Shown one piece after another: positions 8,376-16,492 of a stretch of DNA of 32,000 bases. Position numbers and translations under genes: made by a program. The notes beneath the pieces are model-generated. The model was not told the origin of the DNA and did not search any database. It worked only from the letters and a program-made list of their open reading frames with translations. Positions within the stretch are counted from its first letter, which is position 1, and each line of letters opens with the position of its first letter. This DNA is from Edaphobacter aggregans (lineage in GTDB: Bacteria > Acidobacteriota > Terriglobia > Terriglobales > Acidobacteriaceae): positions 5,250,001 to 5,282,000 of the forward strand of contig NZ_RSDW01000001.1 in the NCBI RefSeq assembly GCF_003945235.1, written 5' to 3'.

Positions 8376-9449
8376 ATGCAGCCCGGGATATTTGAATTTC
8401 AATCGATGCTCACGTCGGTCGTCAATGGGATCAACGGGAGCTTGCTGGCGTCGATACAGAGTGTTGCATATGTACTGATGACCATATGCCTTGTCCTTGG
8501 CATCTATGAAGCCTATGTAAGGGGCGGTGATGTTCGATCCTTAGCGGGGACGTTTTTGAAGTATGCAGTCGCGGCCTTCGTGATCGGCTACTGGCCGAAT
8601 TTCTTCTCTGATCTATTCACTGGATTTAATCAGATCGCTAACACCATCGACAGCAGTTTCGGAGCTCATGATTTGGCTACGAGTTGGGAGGCACAACTGC
8701 GAGACCTCTTCCAAGCTAATGGCTACAACAAGATATTCACATCAATTCCATGGACGCCATCAGCCCTGCTTACACTTTTGGAGATCATGCTTGCCTACGT
8801 CATTTATCCAGTTGCAGTTCAAATCTTTGCTCTGATCTATACATTCTGGGGATCATGCCTCTTTGCGATGGGGCCATTCGTGATCGCTCTGGCGCCGAGT
8901 TCGATGATCAACTCGCTTACAAAGTATTACGCGTTGAATCTTGGCGTATGGAATGCCTGGTCAATCATCTACGGCGTTTTTGGATGTTTGATTACTGCCA
9001 TTCACGCCAACGATGTTGATGCAATCCTAGCAGGCAATTTGGGTAGCTTCGGTTTTGGAGACGCTACTTTTGGATCTCTCGATGGTGGCATAGAGATGAT
9101 TGGGTTGATCAGCATTATCTACGCCATCTGCATTCTCTTGATTCCGATGGTGGCGGCCTTCATCCTTCGCGGGCAGTTTTCGGCCGTCGGTGCGGGCCTG
9201 GCCATGGCCGCTTCCAGAGTGGCGAATGGCGGAATTAGCGGAGCGAGGGCAGGCGCGGCGCTCGGGCCAGTGGGTGCGCTTGGAGGAGCAGCAGTTGGAG
9301 CAGGCCTGGGAATTATGGGCATCGGCAGCAATGCGCTGTTTGCGTCAGGGACGACAGGCGGTGGCGGTGGACAGGGTGGAAGTGGCGGCGGGACTTACAG
9401 CACTCCACCACCGAACACGCCAGCGCCGAACAATCCGACCAGAGGGTAA
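8376..9449 (+). CDS. virB6: VirB6/TrbL-like polytopic inner-membrane T4SS protein
   Basis: GGAG lies 6 nt upstream of the ATG. It has multiple TM helices, a Trp-containing central region, and a Gly-rich then Pro-rich C-terminal tail (GGGGGQGGSGGGTYSTPPPNTPAPNNP) as seen in TrbL proteins. It occupies the position after virB5. Confidence 0.7.
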   Translation: MQPGIFEFQSMLTSVVNGINGSLLASIQSVAYVLMTICLVLGIYEAYVRGGDVRSLAGTFLKYAVAAFVIGYWPNFFSDLFTGFNQIANTIDSSFGAHDLATSWEAQLRDLFQANGYNKIFTSIPWTPSALLTLLEIMLAYVIYPVAVQIFALIYTFWGSCLFAMGPFVIALAPSSMINSLTKYYALNLGVWNAWSIIYGVFGCLITAIHANDVDAILAGNLGSFGFGDATFGSLDGGIEMIGLISIIYAICILLIPMVAAFILRGQFSAVGAGLAMAASRVANGGISGARAGAALGPVGALGGAAVGAGLGIMGIGSNALFASGTTGGGGGQGGSGGGTYSTPPPNTPAPNNPTRG

Positions 9450-9467
9450 CGAGAGGAGAGGGAGGAT

Positions 9468-10253
9468 ATGACGATGAGAGCCAGGAGCAAGGTCAAAAAT
9501 GAAACGCCCAGGTTCTATGAGATGGATGGTGCGCTGAGAGCGTATTCCAACCGAAGCATTGTGATCGCCGGGGTGATGGGTGTGGTGTCGTTAGTCGCTG
9601 TCGTCGGCTTTCTATTCGTGCGCATGGAGCCCCCGACCGTGATTAGGGTGAACAGTCAGGGTGAGGCGAGTGTCATCACCCCGTATCGAGCGGCGAAGGC
9701 ACGCTTCTTGCCCTCCGCGCTTGCTGCGAACTCGTCGAATGCTGCTCCAGACGAATACGAGAAAGAAGCCTTCATCAAGAGCTTTCTGGTTCGCTATCTC
9801 GACTACGACCCACACACGCTCTCGCAGAACTGGGCTGATGCGATGAACAAGATGACGACGAACCTGCGGCGCAGCGCCCTTACAACTATGGAGAAGAACG
9901 ATACCGTAGGGAAACTCGAAGAGGAGCAGGGAAGCTCGACCTTCAAACTGAGCCACATCGAACAGAGCAAGGATGACCCGCTGACCTACACAGCATTTGG
10001 TGTGAGGACGGTTCGCAGCATGAACAATGAGCACGAACTCATCAACCAACTGGTCGAGGAATACCACATCCGGCTAATCAACATTGAGCGGTCTGCGGAC
10101 AATCCCGGTGGATTGCTCATCGGCGAGTACTGGTCAAAGCAGATCCAGGGGGAAAAGCGGGATGCAGTCCTCGCCGACAGTACCCTGGGCGGCAGTGCGG
10201 GTAGAGGTAGTGCCTTGCAGCCCGGCATCTCGGATGGAGGAATCAACCAATGA
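9468..10253 (+). CDS. virB8: VirB8/TrbF-like bitopic T4SS protein
   Basis: A purine-rich RBS (GAGAGGAGAGGGAGG) precedes it; an alternative ATG lies at 9474. The N-terminal cytoplasmic segment is followed by a single TM (IVIAGVMGVVSLVAVVGFLFV). The periplasmic domain has VirB8-like features (EKEAFIKSFLVRYLDYD ... NPGGLLIGEYW). Confidence 0.7.
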   Translation: MTMRARSKVKNETPRFYEMDGALRAYSNRSIVIAGVMGVVSLVAVVGFLFVRMEPPTVIRVNSQGEASVITPYRAAKARFLPSALAANSSNAAPDEYEKEAFIKSFLVRYLDYDPHTLSQNWADAMNKMTTNLRRSALTTMEKNDTVGKLEEEQGSSTFKLSHIEQSKDDPLTYTAFGVRTVRSMNNEHELINQLVEEYHIRLINIERSADNPGGLLIGEYWSKQIQGEKRDAVLADSTLGGSAGRGSALQPGISDGGINQ

Positions 10254-10552
10254 ATAGTGAAGCGCGAGTGATGTCGATGTCGCCGGTTCCGGCCAGCGAG
10301 GAGAAGCGGCGGGGGCGGAAGCCGAGCGAAGCGAAGGACAAGGGCCCTTTGATCTTGTTTTTTCTCGCCGAAGGAAGACCGACCAGCGAGCAGATAGTGC
10401 TTAAGGAAAAGTTCGGTTCGGAAGGCGCCGTGATGGTCGAGGCGTTCAAGCGTGGCGAACCCTACTATCGCATCGAAGTGTGGCAGTCACACGCAGTAGT
10501 CAACGATGGAGTTGTAGCAATCGAGAAAGAGCCGGTGAAAATGCAGACCTAA
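10250..10552 (+). CDS. Small hypothetical protein (basic N-terminus)
   Basis: ATGA overlap with the virB8 stop suggests translational coupling. No family recognised, and the true start could be an internal Met. Confidence 0.4.
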   Translation: MNSEARVMSMSPVPASEEKRRGRKPSEAKDKGPLILFFLAEGRPTSEQIVLKEKFGSEGAVMVEAFKRGEPYYRIEVWQSHAVVNDGVVAIEKEPVKMQT

Positions 10553-10651
10553 CACCACCGAGCGGACGAGTTCAGAAAAACCAATCGATAAGTAATGCTT
10601 GCCGATCTGGTTCTCTGAGCCACCTTGCGGGCCTATTCGCAGGGATTCGTT

Positions 10652-10728
10652 CCGCTAACCGGCATGGAAGCCTGGTTAGTTCCCCTCAACAAGCTCGGGA
10701 AAGACCAGGTCAAGCCGGCTTTTAGCGG
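10652..10728 (+). promoter_or_regulatory. 77-nt interrupted hairpin (23 bp paired) in the leader of the polymerase-like gene
   Basis: Four helices are nested. CCGCTAA (10652-58) pairs with TTAGCGG (10722-28). CCGGC (10659-63) pairs with GCCGG (10714-18). CCTGGT (10671-76) pairs with ACCAGG (10704-09). TTCCC (10680-84) pairs with GGGAA (10697-10701). The apical loop is 12 nt. The element ends 44 nt before the ATG at 10773. Confidence 0.6.
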
Positions 10729-10772
10729 ATTGGCATGGTTTCTTCCTGTGCCCAAGCACACGGAGAACTCAC

Positions 10773-13202
10773 ATGCATAGTTATGAAGGAAATCGAATCG
10801 TGATGATCGACATCGATACCAACGGGCGGACGGAAGAGCGCATACCTGGAACCGGTCAGGAATCGTGGCTCGACACAACGCTCCTGGGTGCGATGTATCC
10901 CAATATCCACGTGGCGCTGGTCAGTGTTCCTACCGAACCTCTCGATGATTTCGAAGAGGCTAACGTGGCGAACGCGATGACCGCTGTGTCACACAATGGC
11001 ATTGCCTACAAAATGGTCGGAGCATCAGGATCGGCCAAAAACGGCAAATACTACTACTGTGACGCTGCACATGAGCCTTTGATCGCCAGACGCTTCCAGC
11101 AATGGCCCGAGGCGGCAATCACGTACTTCGGGATCCTGGTGTCCGGCTGCAAAGTCGTACGTAAGGAACCGGAGGCTCGCGTGTCGGTGGTCAGGGATCT
11201 TGAACTTGGAACGAACGATTGCCGCGGCTGGATACGGAGAAGTCTCTTCAGGAAGCTCGCGCTTCCGGAAGGACGTTTCTACCAATTCCGGCTGGCATTC
11301 GGGGAGACCCAAGCGAAAGGCAGCTTCAAAGTCATGGCTGACGACGTTGCCGACGCTCTTGGCGTAGACATCATCGTTCCGGAGAGTTCGATCAAACCCA
11401 GTATGAAGATGCCGTCCGTCCTGGCCAGTTTCGTTGGCCTGGGCTCGCGCACCTTCAAGAGCGAGATCGTTCTGGGAATCCGTGAAATCTCGCGGCCTCT
11501 TCAGTTCGAATCAAGCTATACCGTACTGCAACATGCACCGGTGGAGTCGATCGAGACCGAGATCGTTCCGCAGGCCGTGGAGATGATCGAAACGGTCAAA
11601 ACGGCTTGGAGGGAAGGGAATCACCGCAAGGTGGTTGAGCTCATTGGGCAGGAGGTCCGCCAGAATGACAACTCAGAGGGCGAAGAGTTCCAAAGGGTTG
11701 TCGAAGCGGCGCTCCTGGCTGATGGTTCGGGCGAGATTACACGCCATCCCTACATCCATACGCAGCTCAGTCGTCTGATGGCGAGATGGGCCTACAAGCT
11801 GATGACCGGTGGAGGCATCGAACTACCCGCGTTCGCGCTGGCAGACGATGGCTACCTGGTTCTTCAGAGTGGCAAGGTCCTGTCGCGCGCTGACTGGATG
11901 CCGCTGCGCGCAGCCATTACAACCGTTCCGTCTCAATCAGGCCTATGTGTGCGCTACCCCGTACGCATGAAGGAAGACCTGCTCCCACTTGAGCATCTCA
12001 AAGGGGAAAGGTTGACGGACCACCTGATTGAGAAGCATGGACTCCATCCTGACGTTGCAGCTATGGTTGTGAATGAGCAATTGACGCTTGAAGGGACCTA
12101 TACACTTCATTCGGAGACCGCTAAACGCAATGGCGGTGATTACGACTTTGACTGGGTGTGTGTCATCGATGCAACGCGGTTCCCACGTTTCGTGGAAAGC
12201 CGTTTTCGTATGGATCGCGAACACGAGGTCACGAAGACGAAGGCTGGTAGAGCCAAGTCTCCGTGGTTTTCCCTCGAATTCGTTGCTCTCAAGTCGCGTG
12301 GGAATCAGATCGGCGTCATTACCGACCTGATGAGTTCCTGCGTCGCCAGCGGCCGAGACGACTTGCTCTATGAGCTGGTCGGCGAGTTGCAGCTGGAGAT
12401 CGATTCGCTCAAACACAATACGAATGCCGATCGGAGCAAACTGCGAGGAATCCGTCAGCAGGTTCTTCCGGCGCCCTGGCTTGCTTTGAAAGAGGCCAAG
12501 GCGATCAACGCTCAGGACTTACCACTCTCGCTCGAGATTCTGCCGACGGATCGTATCGGTCGGCTCTACAACATTCTTCGTAAACATATCGAAGAACTGA
12601 TGGAGAAGCCGTTCCCGATCGAGCAGTTCCGCGGCCTGATCACGGGCAACACCGTATCCAACGTCATGTTTGAAGAAGCACGCCTGATCAACACCGTGTA
12701 TGCAGCTGGACACGGCATGATTCAGGGAAAACTCACCCAGGAGAAGAAGGCACATGATCAGGCGACTGTACGAGTGGCCGAGGCCATCCGGTCAGGAAAC
12801 CGGCAGGGTATCGCCGCAGAAAGACGGGCATTCGCAAAAGCGAAGGCTCGTTATCGCCGCGCTCAAGAGCAAGCCCGGGAGACCTCCGCTACCTTGCAGT
12901 CGATCGTTCGTAGTTGGGGCGACGGCAAGGAAATGTACCGGGTGGGCTGGTGCCAGGCGCTCCACACGGTGGTCTCTCGCGGTAAAGGGATGGGATCGAT
13001 TCTGTTCCATGCCTTTCCCCAGGAGGTCGTTGATTCGATTGCAGCCCGCACCGGCGGAATTCGTACGCAAGTCGCGCCTTCCGGAAGAGGAGTGCGTGTT
13101 GCGGTTGAGGGCGACTGCTTGTTCTCTGTTCGTCCGGGCAGGAAGGAGTTCCTGCTTCGGCTGGACCGGGGAGCGAACCGAATCGTTGGGACCGCAAGTT
13201 AA
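10773..13202 (+). CDS. Large protein with an ordered motif series resembling eukaryote-type RNA-dependent RNA polymerases (QDE-1/RDR family, double-psi beta-barrel; DxDxD catalytic loop GGDYDFD)
   Basis: GGAG lies 7 nt upstream of the ATG. Motifs occur in the same order as recalled RDR motifs. TNDCRGWIRRSLFRKL resembles SDGIGKIS..LA. RFYQFRLAFGETQAKGSFKV resembles SAFQIRYGGYKGVV. IIVPESSIKPSMKM resembles LR.SM.KF. IELPAFALADDGYLVLQSGKV resembles RIPV...GV.DE.G.L..GQV. CVRYPVRMKEDLLPLEHL resembles KNP..HPGD.R.LEAV. AKRNGGDYDFDWVCVID resembles SGGDLDGD.YFV.WD. The family assignment is from memory, not from a search. Confidence 0.6.
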   Translation: MHSYEGNRIVMIDIDTNGRTEERIPGTGQESWLDTTLLGAMYPNIHVALVSVPTEPLDDFEEANVANAMTAVSHNGIAYKMVGASGSAKNGKYYYCDAAHEPLIARRFQQWPEAAITYFGILVSGCKVVRKEPEARVSVVRDLELGTNDCRGWIRRSLFRKLALPEGRFYQFRLAFGETQAKGSFKVMADDVADALGVDIIVPESSIKPSMKMPSVLASFVGLGSRTFKSEIVLGIREISRPLQFESSYTVLQHAPVESIETEIVPQAVEMIETVKTAWREGNHRKVVELIGQEVRQNDNSEGEEFQRVVEAALLADGSGEITRHPYIHTQLSRLMARWAYKLMTGGGIELPAFALADDGYLVLQSGKVLSRADWMPLRAAITTVPSQSGLCVRYPVRMKEDLLPLEHLKGERLTDHLIEKHGLHPDVAAMVVNEQLTLEGTYTLHSETAKRNGGDYDFDWVCVIDATRFPRFVESRFRMDREHEVTKTKAGRAKSPWFSLEFVALKSRGNQIGVITDLMSSCVASGRDDLLYELVGELQLEIDSLKHNTNADRSKLRGIRQQVLPAPWLALKEAKAINAQDLPLSLEILPTDRIGRLYNILRKHIEELMEKPFPIEQFRGLITGNTVSNVMFEEARLINTVYAAGHGMIQGKLTQEKKAHDQATVRVAEAIRSGNRQGIAAERRAFAKAKARYRRAQEQARETSATLQSIVRSWGDGKEMYRVGWCQALHTVVSRGKGMGSILFHAFPQEVVDSIAARTGGIRTQVAPSGRGVRVAVEGDCLFSVRPGRKEFLLRLDRGANRIVGTAS

Positions 13203-13334
13203 CTCGTCGGCGCGCTTTAGGGTTCGTCGACAAACAACTGAATAGCCAACCGCCTGGTGGACCAGCAGCCGAATCGTCTGTCCCCCAGGGCAAACATTCG
13301 CCTGCTGCCTGTCCGGGAAGAATGGAGTGATCGG

Positions 13335-13559
13335 ATGCGATTCCTGAATTGGCGCAGAACGAATGGCGGAGTGCGAGTATCCGTCAGGATCCAGCGCACG
13401 CCACAGCAGTGGCTCTTCCAATGGGTAACCATCGGCAAGCGCCGTTACTCGAAACGCGAACTACTTGATATCGAAATGCGAGTCAGGAAGTTCGTAAACC
13501 CAAGGGTCCAGGTTCCCCCTCGAACCCTGGAGACCGAAGCTCACACCATCGTGGTGTGA
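13335..13559 (+). CDS. Small hypothetical basic protein (contains RRYSKRELL motif)
   Basis: The ATG at 13335 follows GGAG by 7 nt; an upstream GTG at 13257 is the alternative start. The 9-aa motif is shared with the ORF at 24390 using different codons, which argues that this frame is translated. Confidence 0.4.
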   Translation: MRFLNWRRTNGGVRVSVRIQRTPQQWLFQWVTIGKRRYSKRELLDIEMRVRKFVNPRVQVPPRTLETEAHTIVV

Positions 13560-13572
13560 ATACAACCTGTGC

Positions 13573-13602
13573 GAAGAGGATGGCCTTCAAGGCATCCTCT
13601 TC
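13573..13602 (+). other. Strong inverted repeat between the small ORF and virB9
   Basis: GAAGAGGATGGCCTT / AAGGCATCCTCTTC gives ~12-14 bp of pairing with one bulged G. There is no downstream T-tract. It lies 14 nt after the stop at 13559 and ends 8 nt before the virB9 RBS (AAGGAGAG, 13611-13618). Confidence 0.6.
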
Positions 13603-13625
13603 CCAGATTCAAGGAGAGCGCCGTC

Positions 13626-14501
13626 ATGCTCATTCAGAAAAATGTTATTGTGCTTAGCATTCTGGGCGGGAGCATGGCGTTTGCCCAGAACATCGTTCAC
13701 CAGCCCGTCAACCCTAACGGCGTTACCCCGGTTCACACGTCGCTCGATCACATCAGCATCCTCCAACTCCCCGAAAAGATCACTCGCGTTGCAGCGGGAA
13801 GCGATGCGATGCAGATCGAATGGCACGATAACAGTGTCTTCATCAAGCCTCTGAAGCAGGGGCAGGCGACCAATCTCATGGTTTGGACCGAGCACCAGTT
13901 CTCAACCTATGAGCTGGAGGCACCAGGTGACGTTCACAGCATGTCCTTTGTCATTGATGAAACAGCAGCCCTGGGTGCTCAAAGCAGTGGGCATTCCGTG
14001 GCAGCAGCGGCTGCAACTCCGTCGCCCCAGGAGATCCAGCGAATAACAGATTCTTCCATCGGGTCTACGCTGCTCGAGGTCACACCGGTCGTCGCTCGCG
14101 GAGTGCGTCCCGTCAAAGACCATGTCAGTGTTCTCATCAAGGAAGTGGTTCGCGACAAGAATTCTCTCTATGTACGGTTTGCCGTCAGCAATACCGGATC
14201 GCATCCATACCGAATTGTCTCGCCCAATGTCTTCACGATCGTTCCAACGAAAAACGCCGAGCTTCTCGCTGGATTGAAGAATCTTCAGATCCCGGAACAG
14301 GGCACCTATCAATTTCAGTCCGGTGAGACCATACAGGTCACGGTGAGGGGTACGGCACTTCCCGAGAAAGATGTGCAACCAGGCGCAACGGTCGAAGGAG
14401 TATTGGCTCTTGAGCCTGCCGACGTGCAAAAGGCCGGGGTGTACGAATTCATCTTCGGGAATGACGGGACCCATCGCATTCTGGCCACGGCGGTGCTCTG
14501 A
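13626..14501 (+). CDS. virB9: VirB9/TrbG/CagX-like periplasmic/outer-membrane T4SS core protein
   Basis: The ATG at 13626 follows AAGGAGAG. Signal peptide MLIQKNVIVLSILGGSMAFAQ. The N-domain matches the recalled VirB9 pattern (TSLDHISILQLPEKITRVAAGSDAMQIEWHDNSVFIKPLKQGQATNLMVWTEHQFSTYELE). The C-terminus is a beta-rich domain. Confidence 0.7.
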   Translation: MLIQKNVIVLSILGGSMAFAQNIVHQPVNPNGVTPVHTSLDHISILQLPEKITRVAAGSDAMQIEWHDNSVFIKPLKQGQATNLMVWTEHQFSTYELEAPGDVHSMSFVIDETAALGAQSSGHSVAAAAATPSPQEIQRITDSSIGSTLLEVTPVVARGVRPVKDHVSVLIKEVVRDKNSLYVRFAVSNTGSHPYRIVSPNVFTIVPTKNAELLAGLKNLQIPEQGTYQFQSGETIQVTVRGTALPEKDVQPGATVEGVLALEPADVQKAGVYEFIFGNDGTHRILATAVL

Positions 14502-14731
14502 TGGCAGAGCTCGAATATCTCTCTCTTGAGGAGGCGCATGCGCGCCTCCTCGTTGCTTATGGCCGAGCTGGCGATGGCGAGTTCCTGGAGACGTTGCGCC
14601 GTCCATTGACTAATCCGATCGCGCAGCGCGATGACAAGGGCAGGCGGAAGATCCACCCTCTTCTTATTGTCGCCGGGATTCTCCTGGCACTCGCCGGCGC
14701 GGCCATGACCTTCTTCAGTTTTCAAAGCTGA
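14501..14731 (+). CDS. Small hypothetical protein with a C-terminal TM helix
   Basis: TGATG overlap with the virB9 stop. The C-terminus IHPLLIVAGILLALAGAAMTFF is hydrophobic. No family recognised. Confidence 0.4.
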   Translation: MAELEYLSLEEAHARLLVAYGRAGDGEFLETLRRPLTNPIAQRDDKGRRKIHPLLIVAGILLALAGAAMTFFSFQS

Positions 14732-14752
14732 ACGAACCGATCGGAGCCTCCC

Positions 14753-16492
14753 TTGATACGTGAAGACTCATATCGCCGACACAACGATGCGCAGGATGCC
14801 GTCCTGCTGGCCTGGGTGCTGATCCTTGGGATCTTTGGCATTCTCTATTTCCTCGCCTATGACCGGCTGCATGTGCGGGCAGGCCAGCTGGTCGAATTCA
14901 CTATCTATCCCTTACTGGTCGCAATCTTCCTGTGGGAGCTATTGCGATACAAGGCGACGAAGAGGAACGAAATGGAGGCGACATGGCCTCGTCCGGTTCC
15001 GCATGTCCCACGCTATAAGGAAGACCAGTATCTGAAGGAAGCCTGCAAGCGATCCTCAGTCCTGCTCGGTTACGACATTTTTGGTGAGCCCTTCTATTGG
15101 AGCGATGACACACGCACCATGCAGTCGAATGCTTTTGGCATGACAGGCGCCGGCAAGACCAACCTTCTCGAAACAGTTACCGAACAGGACATCATGCGCG
15201 GTGTCCCTATCATCTTCATCGATGGCAAAGGTGACAAGAAGCTGCTGGCCGAACTGCTTCCTTCAATCGAAGCCGCGGGTCGCATGCAGGACCTACGTGT
15301 GATTGACCCACTGCGGCCGGAGATATCGGCGCGCTACAACCCGTTTTGGGCCCCTGAAGGCAACGCGGAGGAGCACGTTGGCTTTGTCTTCGAGTCCTTC
15401 AACATGGAGAAGGACTTCTTTGAAGGTCACCAGCGCGTCTACCTCGAGAACATCGCGAGGGTATTGCACTACTCCGGCAAGCGCTTCAATTTCCACGATG
15501 TTCTGGTCTGTGCATACGACCAGGCACTGCTCAAAACGCAGATGAGAGTGGCCCTCGACCGTGTTGCGGCCGATTCAAAGATCAGCCGACAGCAGAAGTT
15601 GACGCTGACCATGAGCGTGCGCAACCTGCTCGAATCCTTCGAGGACAAAGAACGGGTCTCGAAGATCCAGGGTTTGATCAACGAAATGATGACGTTCATG
15701 GGCGACGACATGGCCATGATTACCGGGCCCTACGACGAGCTGCTTTCGTTGGACGATGTGATCGACAAAAGACTCATTCTATTCATGAGCTTAAATGTCA
15801 ACGTGAATGAACGGGCAGTGACGGCGCTGGGTCGGATGCTGCTTCAGAATCTGCAATTGATGATCGGCAGACGCTATTCCCGCGCCGAGGAAGGCGAGCA
15901 CCAGCCATTCGTGAGCGTCATTATGGACGAGTTCAGCCCGTTCGCCTACGAGAACTTCGCACACATTTTGCAGACGGCCCGGGGGGCGAACGTCGCCTTT
16001 CTATTCGCTCTCCAAAGCGCACCGCAGCTTCTCCAGGTGGGACGAGGCTTCCGCAATGACGTTGCCAGCGCACCCAATACAACCTTCATGTTGCGTACCA
16101 AGGACGAAGAGACAGCCCAATACTTCCTGAAAGCGAGCGCGCGGGTACGACAGATGCGCCGCAGTATGCGGGTTCAGAAGAAGGGTGTCTTCAACCCTGA
16201 GTTCGAGGAAGGGACCGAAGGAAGCCAGACGGAGATTAAGGACACCCTGGCCCAGGACGAGCACATCAAGAAGATGCCGGTCGGCCAGATGGAAATACTC
16301 ATGACCGATCCGTTTCGCGGCACGATCCATAAGCACTTGCATATTAAGAAGGCTTGCGGCCATTGGCTCTCTCAAGTGCCGATGAACGTGTATCCCAAAC
16401 TCGACAGCGTGGGAGCTGATTCTCATGGGCTCAACCTCAGTTTTCCGGTTCCGGATCTCGAGGAGAAGAGGCAGCGGAGGCGGAGAAAATGA
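14753..16492 (+). CDS. virD4: Type IV coupling protein (VirD4/TraD/TraG-like ATPase)
   Basis: Two N-terminal TM helices. Walker A is FGMTGAGKT and Walker B is FVSVIMDEFSPF, followed by ANVAFLFALQS. The start is a TTG at 14753, 6 nt after GGAG, and this start is uncertain. Confidence 0.8.
   Translation: MIREDSYRRHNDAQDAVLLAWVLILGIFGILYFLAYDRLHVRAGQLVEFTIYPLLVAIFLWELLRYKATKRNEMEATWPRPVPHVPRYKEDQYLKEACKRSSVLLGYDIFGEPFYWSDDTRTMQSNAFGMTGAGKTNLLETVTEQDIMRGVPIIFIDGKGDKKLLAELLPSIEAAGRMQDLRVIDPLRPEISARYNPFWAPEGNAEEHVGFVFESFNMEKDFFEGHQRVYLENIARVLHYSGKRFNFHDVLVCAYDQALLKTQMRVALDRVAADSKISRQQKLTLTMSVRNLLESFEDKERVSKIQGLINEMMTFMGDDMAMITGPYDELLSLDDVIDKRLILFMSLNVNVNERAVTALGRMLLQNLQLMIGRRYSRAEEGEHQPFVSVIMDEFSPFAYENFAHILQTARGANVAFLFALQSAPQLLQVGRGFRNDVASAPNTTFMLRTKDEETAQYFLKASARVRQMRRSMRVQKKGVFNPEFEEGTEGSQTEIKDTLAQDEHIKKMPVGQMEILMTDPFRGTIHKHLHIKKACGHWLSQVPMNVYPKLDSVGADSHGLNLSFPVPDLEEKRQRRRRK

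Noticed and set aside
12792-13421. 209-aa minus-strand ORF spanning the 3' end of the polymerase-like gene and the following gap (also 13902-14606 antisense to virB9)
   Set aside because: It is mostly antisense to well-supported + strand genes, has no RBS and has a compositionally odd product.
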